Source: Lama guanicoe
Taxonomy: Eukaryota
DNA: 64,000 nt
Reading direction: 5' to 3'
NCBI GenBank assembly: GCA_013239625.1
Contig: MU057357.1
Location: 6,415,161-6,479,160, forward strand
Positions 47,701 through 62,855 of this stretch are shown in pieces. The notes under the pieces were generated by a model. That model was not told the origin of the DNA. It saw only the letters and a list, made by a program, of their open reading frames with translations, and ran no database searches. Position 1 is the stretch's first letter, and each line of letters opens with the position of its first letter. The translations under genes and the position numbers were made by a program.

Positions 47701-50700
47701 GTCTTGCTGAGCCAGAGAGCAGTCCCAGCCAGGAAACTGCCTCCTTTCCTCTGCAGCCAGATCCTGCATAGGCTTCCTCGAGAACCCTGAAGTCCTCTTG
47801 CTGTTGATCCCAATCAAGAAATTTTTCCATGAATTAGTCTGATACTGCGCTGCTTGCCTAGCTGCCCCGGACCAGGATCTGTCACTGGGCAGGGACTGGT
47901 GGGGGGTGGGCAAAAGGAGGAGGAGGAAGCCACACTCACCCAGTCCTCCCACATCACCAAAGCAGAGCCCCTCCCTTGCCAATCATGTAGGAGGGGTGTA
48001 GTAGTTAAGCATGTGGTTCTTTGCAGTGGGACAGACTCAGGCTTCCATTGTGCCTTGTCACTTCCTATCAGTACAATTAAGATGCTTCATTTAATCCCTC
48101 TGGGTCTCAGTTTCCCAAGGGTTGCTGCAGGCCTTAAATGATATATCAAAGGATATGTAGCATATTGCCTGCCACATAGCAGCATAGTTCACACTATTAT
48201 AAATTACAACTAAGAATGATTACCAATTAATTATAAAGCTGCTCTTGGGGCAAAGAGCTTACCAGTATGAAAAGCTCTCAAATGTGACTTGCAGCAGCCC
48301 AACCTTCTTCCTGTTTTAACATGACTGGCCCCCAATCCAGTCCCCCAGCACCCAGGGTCCTTCCCTTACCCCAGCCTTTCAAACATGCTGTTCCACCAGA
48401 GCAGCCTGGAGACTGTCCTCTTGGCCTCTGTCTAGGTATGTCCAGCCAGGGCTCAGCTCTGCTGACCACACCATCCATATTACAGAGGGGCTAGGGGGCT
48501 CTGGCATCCTGTCACTCCACACTTTGGGGGACCAGGGCAGGCTAGGAGTTTCTCATCTTCAGAAAGGCCAGGGCTGGGCTACTCTCCATACAATGGACAG
48601 CTCCCCCTCCCTTTTTGCTCTCCTCTGTCTAGAACTTAAGTGGTAAAATGCCCCCAGAGTCCAAACCAAGGGAATGGGTGCTTAGTTTTAGGATGGCCAT
48701 AACTAGTTGTTTGTCTTTTGGTGGATCTCCCTCTGCTCTGGACCACGGTGTCCTGACCTGTCAAAGACAGTGTGTGGACCTGCACTTCTCCGTGGTCCTT
48801 TCCAGCTCTAAACAGACATGATGACACCATACTCCTTCTCGTGGCTTCCTCCCCCTGCCCTAAAATCTCTTTCCTCCAAGTTGTATTCTCATCAATTTAT
48901 CTATTGTGTCCTTTGATTTATGTTCTGTTTCCAGTCCCCTTTGCTTCTGAGGGCACCAGAGCGAAGATTCCCCAAGAAGTACAGTCCTTCCCCAGCTCAG
49001 AGCTCAGCCCCATGCCCTGACCCAAGGCCGGGAAATTCTGTACCTGGTTAGGTATGAGGCCAACTAAGAGAAGCCAGCCTTGGCCCTCTCTATCACTGAA
49101 GAGGAAGGTGAGCGGGGCAGGGCTAGGGAGAAAGTGGAGATGCTGACATAAGGAGGCTGAGCTCCTGCTCCATCTTCTGATATGGCTGCACCTGGGGCTT
49201 TCTTAGCCCTCCAGCAGCTGAGTTCCTTCATGCCTGTGTCTCCTCCTCAGCCTCCAGGGGTGTACCCCCTACATGAGTCTACCTGGCTGTAGTGAGAATC
49301 CCCTCTTGAAAATGCCCAGGAAAGACTCAGTGACCTCCTGCTCTTTGCCATCTACCCCAGCTGCAGCCTGCTTCCTTGGAATTCTATTTTTTAAGACTCA
49401 GTCTGCTGAGGTTCTGTCTTGAGCCTAGAGAAGAACTGGCTTAGGGGCTGAGGGAGTCAAAAAGGAAGCCCAAACACTGACCCAGGGAGACTCAGCCCTG
49501 GCCTGCACCCATAGCAGCCTCAGCAGGACCTTGAGCCCCACGCCGTCTCATGCCCCACCCCTTCTGCCTCAGACCATCATTTACCCTTTCACATGCAAAC
49601 TTGGTACTCTACTCTGTAGGCAGGGGCCCATGCACCGGCCTGAGCATCCCCCTTCCATGCCTTCTGAACCTTCAGGTAGGCATGGCCCAGGCACTTTCCA
49701 TGCAAACTCCACAAACCCCGTCCCTCATCTGCTGTTACCACCAGACCCCTGCCCAGCCTGTACGTGCACACACACATGCACACATGCACACGCATGCTTG
49801 TGTGTGGATTCTCAACCTCTCACCTCCATACACGCCTGGGAGCCCACAGTCCTAGCTCTATTCCTGATGCTCTGCACCCTGTTCATATTTATCCACTGAC
49901 TGGCCTCTTCCAACCAGCCTGCTGCTGACCACACCAACCTACCCCAGCAATGGATTGCAAGGACTTCTGACTCATCCCCTCAGCATTGCCACCAGACCAG
50001 AGGAGCCAGCCCCCTCCTTCAGACATGCACTCACCTGTAAGGGACTAATCAGGAATCTTAAGTCTGAATTATTGGAGCAGATGAATACAATTTCCCCAAG
50101 AGGCCTCTCTTGATAGGGAAACTAGGAGGGCTCACACTACCCAATAACCAGAGAGGCCTGAATGGCCTGCTTATCAAATGCTGACCCTTGACCTCTGACA
50201 TTCCTATAGGGAGCCTCTCTACCTTGACACCCCTTTCCCTGCACTTTCCTCTTGAAGGGCACTTCTGAGTCAGCACAGCTGAGAAGCCAGAGCATCTGGG
50301 AAGAAGGCTGGATGAACAGGTACCTCCCCAGTGTGGCCCAGGCCACTCTTCTCTACCTCTGAGCCCCCTCCCCGCCAGGCTTGGCCTCCACCTCCCCATT
50401 ACCTCCGACTTCCAGCACTGTGAGAACAGCCTCGCAGGAGGCCTGGCCCCGATCATTCTGGGCCCTGCAGCTGTACATGCCGGCATCCTGCGCCCCGCAG
50501 CTCCGCAGCCACAGGCAGCTGGGCTCAGGGGCCGGCGGGGGCAGGAGCTGCCCATCCCGGAACCAGCTGAGACGGGGCTGGGGCGTCCCGCTCACCACCA
50601 CCCGCAGTCGCACGTCGCTGCCCGCAGACACCGCCGCGTCCTTCAGGGGCCGCAGGAAGACCGGCGCCCCGGCCACCGCCCCTCCGCCGGCCCCCACTTT

Positions 50701-50781
50701 GGCCCTCTTCGGGGGCACCCCGGGGCTTGGGGGTGCCCTCGTGCCCGTGTCCTCTCCTCGCGTGCCCCGGGCTTTCTGCAT
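1..50781 (-). CDS. SPEG: SPEG striated muscle enriched protein kinase, long isoform, exons 1-36 (3' part outside the window)
   Basis: [12 protein letters not shown]-terminus; Ig-I and FN3 domains; kinase-1 motifs IGRGAF, AAKF, HLDVKPEN, DFG, APE; consistent splice phases. Confidence 0.98.
442..609 (-). CDS. SPEG: SPEG exon 35 (FN3-2)
   Basis: [49 protein letters not shown]; 168 nt. Confidence 0.95.
740..862 (-). CDS. SPEG: SPEG exon 34 (FN3-2)
   Basis: [40 protein letters not shown]; 123 nt. Confidence 0.95.
975..1142 (-). CDS. SPEG: SPEG exon 33 (Ig)
   Basis: [55 protein letters not shown]; 168 nt. Confidence 0.95.
1271..1407 (-). CDS. SPEG: SPEG exon 32 (only the first bases are visible; the rest is in the N gap)
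   Basis: Polypyrimidine tract ctctccctccag|ACTTT (DF...) entering the gap; its end is not visible. Confidence 0.6.
3700..3900 (+). mobile_element. MIR SINE
   Basis: ctgtgacttgggcaag...ctcacctgtaaaacagggagat. Confidence 0.65.
4025..4156 (-). CDS. SPEG: SPEG exon 31
   Basis: [43 protein letters not shown]; 132 nt. Confidence 0.93.
4503..6474 (-). CDS. SPEG: SPEG exon 30 (large Ser/Pro/Arg-rich inter-kinase linker, CpG-rich)
   Basis: Lies within the 686-aa ORF; [19 protein letters not shown]...[10 protein letters not shown]; 1972 nt; donor TCAG|gtgaga. Confidence 0.96.
6734..6802 (-). CDS. SPEG: SPEG exon 29
   Basis: [23 protein letters not shown]; 69 nt. Confidence 0.93.
7630..7780 (+). mobile_element. 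MIR SINE fragment
   Basis: ctgagcctcagtttccttatcagcaaaatggaagtaataata. Confidence 0.65.
7839..7924 (-). mobile_element. tRNA-derived SINE (camelid Vic-1-like) with 15-bp flanking direct repeats
   Basis: A-box tagctcagtggtagagc, B-box gggttcaatccc, A-rich tail; caagactcactttaa repeated at 7824-7838 and 7925-7939. Confidence 0.88.
7935..7977 (-). CDS. SPEG: SPEG exon 28 (end of kinase 1)
   Basis: [14 protein letters not shown]; tttacag|...TTTAAA|gtgagt; 43 nt. Confidence 0.93.
8009..8044. repeat. (TTCA)n tetranucleotide microsatellite
   Basis: About 9 perfect units just upstream of the exon 28 acceptor. Confidence 0.9.
8178..8330 (-). CDS. SPEG: SPEG exon 27
   Basis: [50 protein letters not shown]; 153 nt. 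Confidence 0.95.
9012..9038 (-). CDS. SPEG: SPEG exon 26 (27-nt microexon)
   Basis: ctaccag|GCCCGTGGGTGTTGTTGCCTTCCTCTG|gtaagg; PVGVVAFL; phase 2 to phase 2. Confidence 0.9.
9586..9764 (-). CDS. SPEG: SPEG exon 25 (DFG to APE)
   Basis: PENLLVW...[43 protein letters not shown]; 179 nt. Confidence 0.96.
9872..9949 (-). CDS. SPEG: SPEG exon 24 (catalytic loop)
   Basis: [26 protein letters not shown]; 78 nt. Confidence 0.95.
10093..10212. mobile_element. MER91-like palindromic MITE remnant
   Basis: Imperfect inverted ends gctgcacaggttg ... caacttgtgcagc. Confidence 0.5.
10534..10591 (-). CDS. SPEG: SPEG exon 23
   Basis: [19 protein letters not shown]; 58 nt. Confidence 0.92.
11355..11555 (-). 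CDS. SPEG: SPEG exon 22 (kinase 1 N-lobe)
   Basis: [24 protein letters not shown]...GLVIVTEL; 201 nt; U12-type donor gtatcct. Confidence 0.95.
11656..11752 (-). CDS. SPEG: SPEG exon 21 (start of kinase 1)
   Basis: [32 protein letters not shown]; 97 nt. Confidence 0.93.
11975..12143 (-). CDS. SPEG: SPEG exon 20
   Basis: [25 protein letters not shown]...[26 protein letters not shown]; 169 nt. Confidence 0.95.
12546..12658 (-). CDS. SPEG: SPEG exon 19
   Basis: [37 protein letters not shown]; 113 nt. Confidence 0.94.
14645..14920 (+). mobile_element. MIR SINE, near full length
   Basis: Core gtgaccttggg...tctctgagcctcggtttccccatctgtaaaatggggataataa and tail gcctggcacata...tcaataaat. Confidence 0.8.
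15066..15241 (-). CDS. SPEG: SPEG exon 18
   Basis: [47 protein letters not shown]; 176 nt. Confidence 0.95.
15343..15466 (-). CDS. SPEG: SPEG exon 17
   Basis: [40 protein letters not shown]; 124 nt. Confidence 0.93.
15870..16076 (-). CDS. SPEG: SPEG exon 16 (FN3-1)
   Basis: [18 protein letters not shown]...[27 protein letters not shown]; 207 nt. Confidence 0.95.
16693..16797 (-). CDS. SPEG: SPEG exon 15 (FN3-1 start)
   Basis: [34 protein letters not shown]; 105 nt. Confidence 0.94.
17040..17159 (-). CDS. SPEG: SPEG exon 14
   Basis: [39 protein letters not shown]; 120 nt. Confidence 0.95.
19624..19847 (-). CDS. SPEG: SPEG exon 13 (Ig6 start)
   Basis: [32 protein letters not shown]...[18 protein letters not shown]; 224 nt. 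Confidence 0.95.
19954..20143 (-). CDS. SPEG: SPEG exon 12 (Ig5)
   Basis: [22 protein letters not shown]...[24 protein letters not shown]; 190 nt. Confidence 0.95.
20246..20404 (-). CDS. SPEG: SPEG exon 11
   Basis: [52 protein letters not shown]; 159 nt. Confidence 0.95.
21000..21230 (-). mobile_element. MIR SINE
   Basis: ttttatagatgaatagtctgaagctcagagagatgaagtgacttgtccaaagtcac. Confidence 0.7.
21486..21746 (-). CDS. SPEG: SPEG exon 10 (Ig4)
   Basis: [28 protein letters not shown]...[13 protein letters not shown]; 261 nt. Confidence 0.96.
22082..22881 (-). other. SPEG: Alternative terminal exon of the short SPEG isoforms (APEG-1/BPEG type): encodes GE-stop, then the 3' UTR to AATAAA
   Basis: acag|GC GAG TGA gives ...LEVRGE-stop after exon 9; AATAAA at 22082-22087 followed by a GU/U-rich downstream element. 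Confidence 0.8.
22929..22990. repeat. Degenerate (CA/CGCA/CAGG) repeat; UG/UGCG-rich on the SPEG pre-mRNA
   Basis: cacacacacgcacacgcacacgcacacacacaggcacgcacaggcacgcacgggcacgca. Confidence 0.85.
24216..24391 (-). CDS. SPEG: SPEG exon 9 (Ig3, RGD motif)
   Basis: [58 protein letters not shown]; 176 nt. Confidence 0.96.
25297..25385 (-). CDS. SPEG: SPEG exon 8 (Ig3)
   Basis: [30 protein letters not shown]; 89 nt. Confidence 0.94.
25571..25746 (-). CDS. SPEG: SPEG exon 7 (contains the ATG at 25639 used by the short isoforms)
   Basis: [58 protein letters not shown]; 176 nt. Confidence 0.95.
26829..27045 (-). promoter_or_regulatory. SPEG: Putative internal promoter and non-coding first exon for the SPEG-alpha/APEG-1 isoforms
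   Basis: TAAATA at 27039-27044, E-box CAGCTG at 26944-26949, and donor GCAGA|gtgagt at 26829/26828, about 1.1 kb upstream of exon 7, which carries the short-isoform ATG. Confidence 0.6.
29040..29232. mobile_element. MER5A-like hAT-Charlie DNA transposon remnant
   Basis: cagtggtgctca...gaatcac...gggccccaccc...tctgat...cacacttggaggaccact with terminal inverted repeat-like ends; related pieces near 28700-28880 and 51810-51965. Confidence 0.7.
31240..31447. mobile_element. MER3-like hAT DNA transposon remnant
   Basis: tagccactagc...taaaatgaaaaattcagc...ctagc...catcacagaacgttcta, flanked on both sides by ctagag. Confidence 0.6.
34533..34715 (-). CDS. SPEG: SPEG exon 6 (Ig2 end)
   Basis: [26 protein letters not shown]...[18 protein letters not shown]; 183 nt. 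Confidence 0.95.
35047..35190 (-). CDS. SPEG: SPEG exon 5 (Ig2 start)
   Basis: [25 protein letters not shown]...[10 protein letters not shown]; 144 nt. Confidence 0.95.
37000..38300 (-). CDS. SPEG: SPEG exon 4 (large, contains two N gaps)
   Basis: SVPQSGL...[25 protein letters not shown]...PTSPEL; donor CTCG|gtaagg. Confidence 0.93.
39320..39530 (-). mobile_element. MIR SINE
   Basis: Antisense MIR core ccatttccagatgaagaaactgaggctt...ccaaggtaacacagcta. Confidence 0.75.
41277..41406 (-). CDS. SPEG: SPEG exon 3 (5' part; remainder in the N gap 41065-41276)
   Basis: [41 protein letters not shown]. Confidence 0.9.
41489..41584 (-). CDS. SPEG: SPEG exon 2
   Basis: [33 protein letters not shown]; ttcag|...|gtgagc; 96 nt. 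Confidence 0.92.
42516..42550. repeat. (CA)n microsatellite
   Basis: Visible directly, with one interruption. Confidence 0.9.
44695..44740. repeat. (GC)n(AC)n compound microsatellite
   Basis: gcgcgcgcgc followed by about 15 ac units; alternating purine-pyrimidine tract. Confidence 0.9.
47995..48200 (+). mobile_element. MIR SINE
   Basis: gtgtagtagttaagcatgtgg...tttaatccctctgggtctcagtttcc. Confidence 0.65.
50403..50781 (-). CDS. SPEG: SPEG exon 1 coding part (Ig domain 1)
   Basis: gccATGCAGAAAGCC; [10 protein letters not shown]...[12 protein letters not shown]; donor GGAG|gtaatg; 379 nt. Confidence 0.96.
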
Positions 50782-50960
50782 GGCCTCTACGAGTTGGGCT
50801 GGGGGGACGCTGGAACTGGACGGCCACGGGGGCACCCGGGGGATGTTGCCCTGGGAGATGAGTCCTGGGGGGCCGGCGCCCTGCCTTCCTGCTGCCCGCC
50901 CGCCTTCGGCCTGTGCTACCCAGAAGGTCACCAGGGCGGCCGGTGGTTGCGCCTCGGGGG

Positions 50961-50970
50961 CTATTTTTAG
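50961..50970. promoter_or_regulatory. SPEG: Perfect MEF2 site (CTAAAAATAG on the minus strand) in the SPEG CpG-rich promoter
   Basis: Exact YTA(W)4TAR match 180 nt upstream of the ATG, in a position where it could also act as a TATA-like element. Confidence 0.75.
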
Positions 50971-52009
50971 GCCCCCCGGCTCGGGTTGCGAGGGAGCTGT
51001 GGAGGGAGGGGGCAGCAGAGGAGGGGACTTGGACACCACTCGGCTCCTTGTCCCCCCTCTAAGAGCCCCCATCGCCCTCCTTGGCCTGAATGGGTCCCTA
51101 AGGACTTGTTCCAAGCCCCCTACCCTGCGGTGTGCCCCGCCTCTAAGCCACCCACTTGGGGAGTCAGGTTACCCTTGGGCTCAATCCCACTTCCCTTCCT
51201 CCCTCCTCTCAGGCCCTGATTCCCAGCCCCACGTGGCTCTGGGAGAGGGAAAGGAGGTCCTGGGTGAGATATCAGAGAGGCAGATGAGCAGGCAGGCTCA
51301 AGTGAAGATGAGCAGACCCTGGGGAAGAGGGACCAGTGGCCTCCCACAGCCTCCATGGCAGCCGTGGTCAACAGTAAGACCAGGAGCAGGGAGTCAGATG
51401 GATTTGGCTCCCAGCAAGTCCTGCCCTTCCTTGAGTGACATCAAATCTCTCTCAACCTTCAAATCCTCGTTTGTCTAAATGAGTTGTTGTGTAGAATTGC
51501 AACAGGGAGAGGAAAGTAGGAAGGACGTTCCAGGCAGAGGGAACAGCAAAATCAGTAGGTGATGTTTTCTGAGAATCAGAGGAATTTGGAGGGACTGAAC
51601 CACAGTGGGGTGAGGTGGGTGGAGGTGAGAAGTGGGGCCTGAAAAGAGGGCTTTGCTTGCTAAGGTCCCTATCCTGATGGCCATCCGGGGCCACTGCAGG
51701 GCGTTCAGCAGTAGAATAACATGGTTAGACCTGTGTTTTAGAAGGATCGTTCTAGCAGCCACAGTGTGGAGGGTGGGTTGGAGATAGGAGAGTTGCAGGC
51801 CAGTTAGACCTGCAGTTCTCAAAGTATAGCCTCTGTTAAAAGTACAGATTCCCAAGCTCTACTCTGAGGTGCAGATTCAGTATAGGGGCTAGGAGGGTTT
51901 AGGAATCTGCACATAAATAGCCCAGTGACTCCAATGCATTTAAGAGCTGTACTTTGAGAAACATCAGGATAGGACATTACTGCTTTTAAAAGTCCAAGTA
52001 AGACTTTTG

Positions 52010-52310
52010 TGATGGGACAGTTCTGTATCTTGAGTCTGGTGGTCACATGAATCTACACATGTAATAAAATTGTATTGAACTAAATACACACACGCAAACA
52101 AGCATTAATGAATGCATGCAAACTGGTAAAATCTAAAGAAGGTGGTGGACTATGTCAATGGCAATTTCCTAGTTGTGATATGGTATTATGGTTATGTAAG
52201 ATGTTACTACTGGGGGAAACCAGGTAAAAGATACACAGTATCTCTCTGTGTTGTTTCTTATAACTGCATGTGAACCTAAAGTTATCTCAAAATAAAAGGT
52301 TTTTTTTTAA
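52010..52310 (+). mobile_element. Ancient L1 3'-end fragment (L1MC-like)
   Basis: Resembles an L1MC 3' UTR from memory (tatctctctgtgttgtttcttataactgcatgtgaa...tctcaaaataaaag); boundaries approximate. Confidence 0.65.
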
Positions 52311-52768
52311 AAAAGTCCAGGTGAGAGACCTAGCCCTGATGTTGAACCCTAGGGGATGAAGCCTGGGAAGAGCAGAGAGGAGCCAAAGGAGGAGCCAGCA
52401 GTCATTAGGAGATGGAGAAAGTTACCCTTATCCCCCATCATCATTCTGAAAGGCCCAAGTCAAAGTGTTTGTGTGTGCATGGAGAGGGCAGAGTTATACA
52501 CTGAATTATATCTATAGTGTCCAAGAGCCTTAACGAATGACATCTTTGGTTTTAGTTTGCATACATTAAAGCTTACTCTTTGTGATGTGCTGTTCTCCTG
52601 GTTTTGACAAATGCAGAGAACTGCATCTGCTACTCCAGGATCATACAGGACAATCTCATCACCCTGAAGATTGCCTGAGCATCCCCTTTGTTGTCAGACA
52701 TACCCCACCCGCCAACCCCTGACAACCACTGATGCTGAACTGAACTCTTAAATGTAAACTGAATTCTA

Positions 52769-52907
52769 GGGGGGAGGGTGTAGCTCAAGTGGTAGAGTGT
52801 ATGCTTAGCATGCACAGGGTCTTGGGTTCAATCCCCGTACCTCCTCTAAAAATAAATAAATAGACCTACTAATTACCTACCCCCCACCAAAAAATAAAAT
52901 AAAATAA
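52769..52907 (+). mobile_element. tRNA-derived SINE (camelid Vic-1-like) with about 19-bp target-site duplication
   Basis: ggggagggtgtagctcaagtggtagag...gggttcaatccc, (A)n/TAAAA tail; aaatgtaaa(c/t)tgaattcta at 52750-52768 and 52908-52926. Confidence 0.9.
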
Positions 52908-54064
52908 AAATGTAAATTGAATTCTAAAAGGTAAAAATGTGGGGGAAGACATTGTAAGCAGATGGAACATCAAGACCAAAGGAGGAGGATTCCTGTCCCC
53001 ATGTTGCTTATATTCCAGGAAGGAGACAAATGTAAAGAGATAAAGAAATGATAAAGATCATCAGGCGATGCATATTGTGGGGAGAATGGAGCAGGGTAAG
53101 GGAGATGGAAGTGTGGTGGGTAACTTACACTTTCAAACAGGAGGATAGGAGTTGGCCTCACTGGGAACAGTTGAGTCAATCTTGAAGGAGGCAAATGGTG
53201 CAGAAGTCTGGGCAGGACTGCTTCAGGCAGAGGTGGAAATGTGCCCTGTGGGCTCCAAAAGAACCAGGAGGCCGTCGGGCAGGAGAGTGGAGGGACAGGA
53301 GGTCAGACAGGCAATGGGGAACAGATGGCCTAGCATCTTGTAGGCCATGGTTTTTTTACTCCTAGTGAAGTGGGAAGTCATCTCACAAGATTTTGAGCCA
53401 AGGAATTACATGATCTGACTTAGGTTGTTGTGATGGCTTTAACTTATTATATTAAATTTTAAAATGAATATTAACTATTTAAAAGGGCCTGGCACAGAGC
53501 CTGGAACATGGCTTGTGGGTCTCCTGTTTGAATGTCCATAATGGCTTTCACTGTTGGGCGCACAGGAGTGTGTGGGCCTGGGTAAGGAGGGCATAGCCCC
53601 TTGCAAGTCGCGGGCGCCCTCTCCTGGAGGAGCCCACACTAGCCGTGACGCCGGAAGCCATTAGGCCCTGGCCAGGGCCCTTACCCAGAGCAGCTGGCTG
53701 GCTGCAAGGAGCTCATCTGTCCCTCAGAATGGCCCCACAGTGCCCCACGGCTTGGCGCCAGGATGGGTGTGTGCTGCCAGTCTGCCCTGCCTTGCAATCA
53801 CAAGCCTGTGGTGTCATGGAAAGATATCTGGGCTCCGGAGGCCAAGGAGCAGGGGGCCTGGTCCTCCTCTGCCACAGATATGCTGTGTGACCTTGGCAGT
53901 TCACCCCACCTCTCTGGGCCGTGGGGTGTTTCCTCCAAGTCATAATGATGCACCGTGTGGTAAAAGCTCAGTAAGTGTTCATTGAATCAGTGAATGAAGT
54001 TGGGGGAGGGGCATCAACCTCTCTGGTAAATATTTAATTTAGAGAAAAGTACATTTAAAGTGCC

Positions 54065-54200
54065 CAGTTCATATTCATTCAACAAGTATTTAAATATTTG
54101 ATTGGCACCTTCTATGGACCAAGCACTCTTCCAGGTACTGGGAATACAGTAGTGAATAAAATGAATAAAAACCTTGGCCTTGGGTAGCTGACATTTTAGG
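54065..54200 (-). mobile_element. L2 LINE 3'-end fragment
   Basis: ttcattcaacaagtattt...gcactcttccaggtactgggaatacagtagtgaataa; further L2-like pieces near 51500-51810 and 53000-53430. Confidence 0.65.
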
Positions 54201-55824
54201 TGTTGAATCAAAAGTCAGTGATATACTTGCATATGTGTCCTGGGCAGGGTTGTGGTCAGAGGAGGAATAAGGGAGGTGGTGAATGGGTGGGATGCTTGTC
54301 TTCAGGGGCAGGGAGGGTAGCCAGAGTGGACAGTGCCTGCTGAGACCTCAGTTCTTGGCTTAAGGACTTTGCCCCACAATCCTTCCTACTCCATTGCCTT
54401 AGGTAGGGTCTGAGTCGGTCAGGAACTGGTCCCAAAGGAATCAGTGAAAAGCTGGTTAGCCCTCTATGAGCCCTCTTATTTCTTGGTGTTGGGTCTTAAA
54501 GGAGAAGACATCAGAGTTTCCCAATGAGCAGGGAGAGTTTTTGCCATGGAGATGATGGGGTGTGTGTCTGTGTGGATGATAGTATGTTGAAGGTCTGCTT
54601 GTGTTTGTGTGATCCCATGAGACTCAGATCTCTTTGGGTTTATTTTTGTCCATTCTCTGGAGCACTACATTCACCAGGGGCCACAGGGGGTGGGGCAGAG
54701 GGATGGGGTGTAGTCCCAGGTACTCCCAGGGCAAGGTGAAGAACAGTATTCCGTGGAGAAGTGGTCCTTCCTGGAGGGAGGGACCCCACAAACAAGAGGG
54801 GAAGAGGCAAACTTGTGAGCAAAGGCAGCATCCAAGGAGAGGGGGAAGACAGAGACACCAGAAAGTCTTTCAGTAGCTTCTGGAAAAAGCCAGTTAGGAA
54901 CGGCACACTAGAGACTTTAAGACTAAAACCCCATTAGATTTATTTCACCTACAGGCTGTCCGAATTTATCATGTTTGTGATCTCTGCCCTCTTCCAGTCT
55001 CTAAAGGGTAATCCCTGAAATCTAAGGAGCGGCTGGAAGGCTGGGACCTACATGGATTTACCAAGCTTCCTAAATCTCCTATCCACCTGGAATTTAGTTT
55101 TTAGAAGAAGTGGAAAAAGAGACAGCTTTCCCTTGTGCCCTACCCCACCCTCCACGGCCACCTAAATGCCCCCACGTCCTATATTGAATAATTAAGGTTT
55201 CTTGACAGAAACTTTGAACATATCTGTGTCAATGTTTTATTCCATGATTGCCTACTTATTTTCGTGTGTTCTATGTTCCTCTCATCTTCCTAAATTCTTC
55301 CTAAATTTCCTTTTGGTATTTTAATTGAGATTGTATTGCACCAAAATTAAAAATTAACATAGGATGAATTGACATCTTTAAAGTATTGAGTCCTTTTCTC
55401 CAAGAACAAGGTAGAGTTTCTGTTTTTCTTCACATGGTTATTTTTCCTGAATCGGCCTTTGTAGGTAAAAGGTGCAGGTTTAGTGGGAAGAGGGTGTAAG
55501 CTTCTCTAGGGAAGGGACTGGGGGAGCCCGACTTCACAGTCAGGCTGTGGGGGCAGCCTGGCACTGGGGCCTAACAAGAGGTATTTGATTCCCCAACAAA
55601 AGCCTACGCCCAGCCCCCCTCCCCCAGATGTTACTACCCATGTACAGCAAGACTGAGAGGCTCTGGGAGGAAAAGGGGTGACAGGCCCTGGGGGACAGCC
55701 TGGCTGGGCAGGAGGACAGCACACAGTCCATCTCGAGGTGGTGGGCCAGGGCCTGGGAGGGTCCCCAGCGGAGGCCTGGCAGTCAAGGCAGCACAGGACG
55801 ACGTGTGAGGCTTGTGCTTATCTT

Positions 55825-55830
55825 TTTATT
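55825..55830 (-). terminator. DES: DES polyadenylation signal (AATAAA)
   Basis: AATAAA on the minus strand about 750 nt after the stop codon, consistent with the expected 3' UTR length. Confidence 0.8.
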
Positions 55831-56580
55831 ATTTCTGTCCAGAGCCCCTGCAGTGGGGGAGGGGTGGGCACGGGGAGGTGGCACCCCTGCCAACCGCCTG
55901 AGACCGCTCTCTGCCTCTCTCCTCTCCTCTCTGCTCCCCTCTGGCATCACACCCACCCTCTTTCCTTCGGAATCTCCTGCTCCCACATCTGGCACCTTCG
56001 GGGGTTCCCTCTTGCAGCCCCTACTTTCTAAGCCCACCCTGGGAAAGAAAGGGACCATGGGGTCAGTATCTAGCCTCCCAGTCTCCACAGGGGGCTGGAT
56101 CCCCAGTTACCTGCCGGGCTTGCTGAGGATGCTGCCCCTTCTCTCTGACTCAGGCTGGGCAGTGGGGAGTGGGGAGGTCACGGGGCTGGATCCTGACCCT
56201 GCGGGGTCCCTACACCCTGCTCTGGGGCCCTCTCCAGAGCCAGAGGCTAGAGCCTGAGGTCACAGAGGTGGGAGGGGCAGGGTCACTGCTGCCTTGGCTC
56301 CATCCTGCCCCTACCCAGCACACCCTTGTGTCGCCAAGAGCCAGGCTCACTCACTTCCAACATCCAGACCTCACACAGCGGGGGGCTTCCTGTGCGGGGA
56401 GGGGGATGGGCTATGTCCCCTGTGGGGACCTTGAGCGGTGGTGGTCGGTGAGCAGGGGTCAGAGGCTGTGAGGGGAGCATTGTGGCCGGGTACAGTGCCC
56501 TGGGATGGAAGGAGGCTGGCTCTGGGAGGCAGTGAGGACAGGGGTGAGGACGGTCTCTGGTGGCAGAGGGGTCTCTGGCT

Positions 56581-62790
<6,210 letters not shown>

Positions 62791-62805
62791 CTAGGCCGTC
62801 GGCAC

Positions 62806-62855
62806 TATTTGTATCCGCCTGACATCAGCCCCCGCCGCCCCTCCCCTGACAGCTG
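62806..62855 (-). promoter_or_regulatory. DES: DES core promoter: TACAAATA TATA-like box (62806-62813) and proximal E-box CAGCTG (62850-62855)
   Basis: Minus strand reads ggaTACAAATAgtgccgac about 110 nt upstream of the ATG, with a GC box and E-box upstream; matches the known desmin promoter layout. Confidence 0.85.

Noticed and set aside
50782-51114. In-frame upstream extension of SPEG exon 1 (ATG at 51072)
   Set aside because: The ATG lies upstream of the MEF2/TATA-like element and so probably outside the transcript; the known N-terminus is MQKARG.
50381-51478. 365-aa plus-strand ORF over the SPEG promoter
   Set aside because: It is a CpG-island antisense frame with low-complexity composition and no recognisable domain.
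52769-52845. tRNA-like sequence (also at 7851-7924)
   Set aside because: A-rich tails and target-site duplications show these are SINEs, not tRNA genes.
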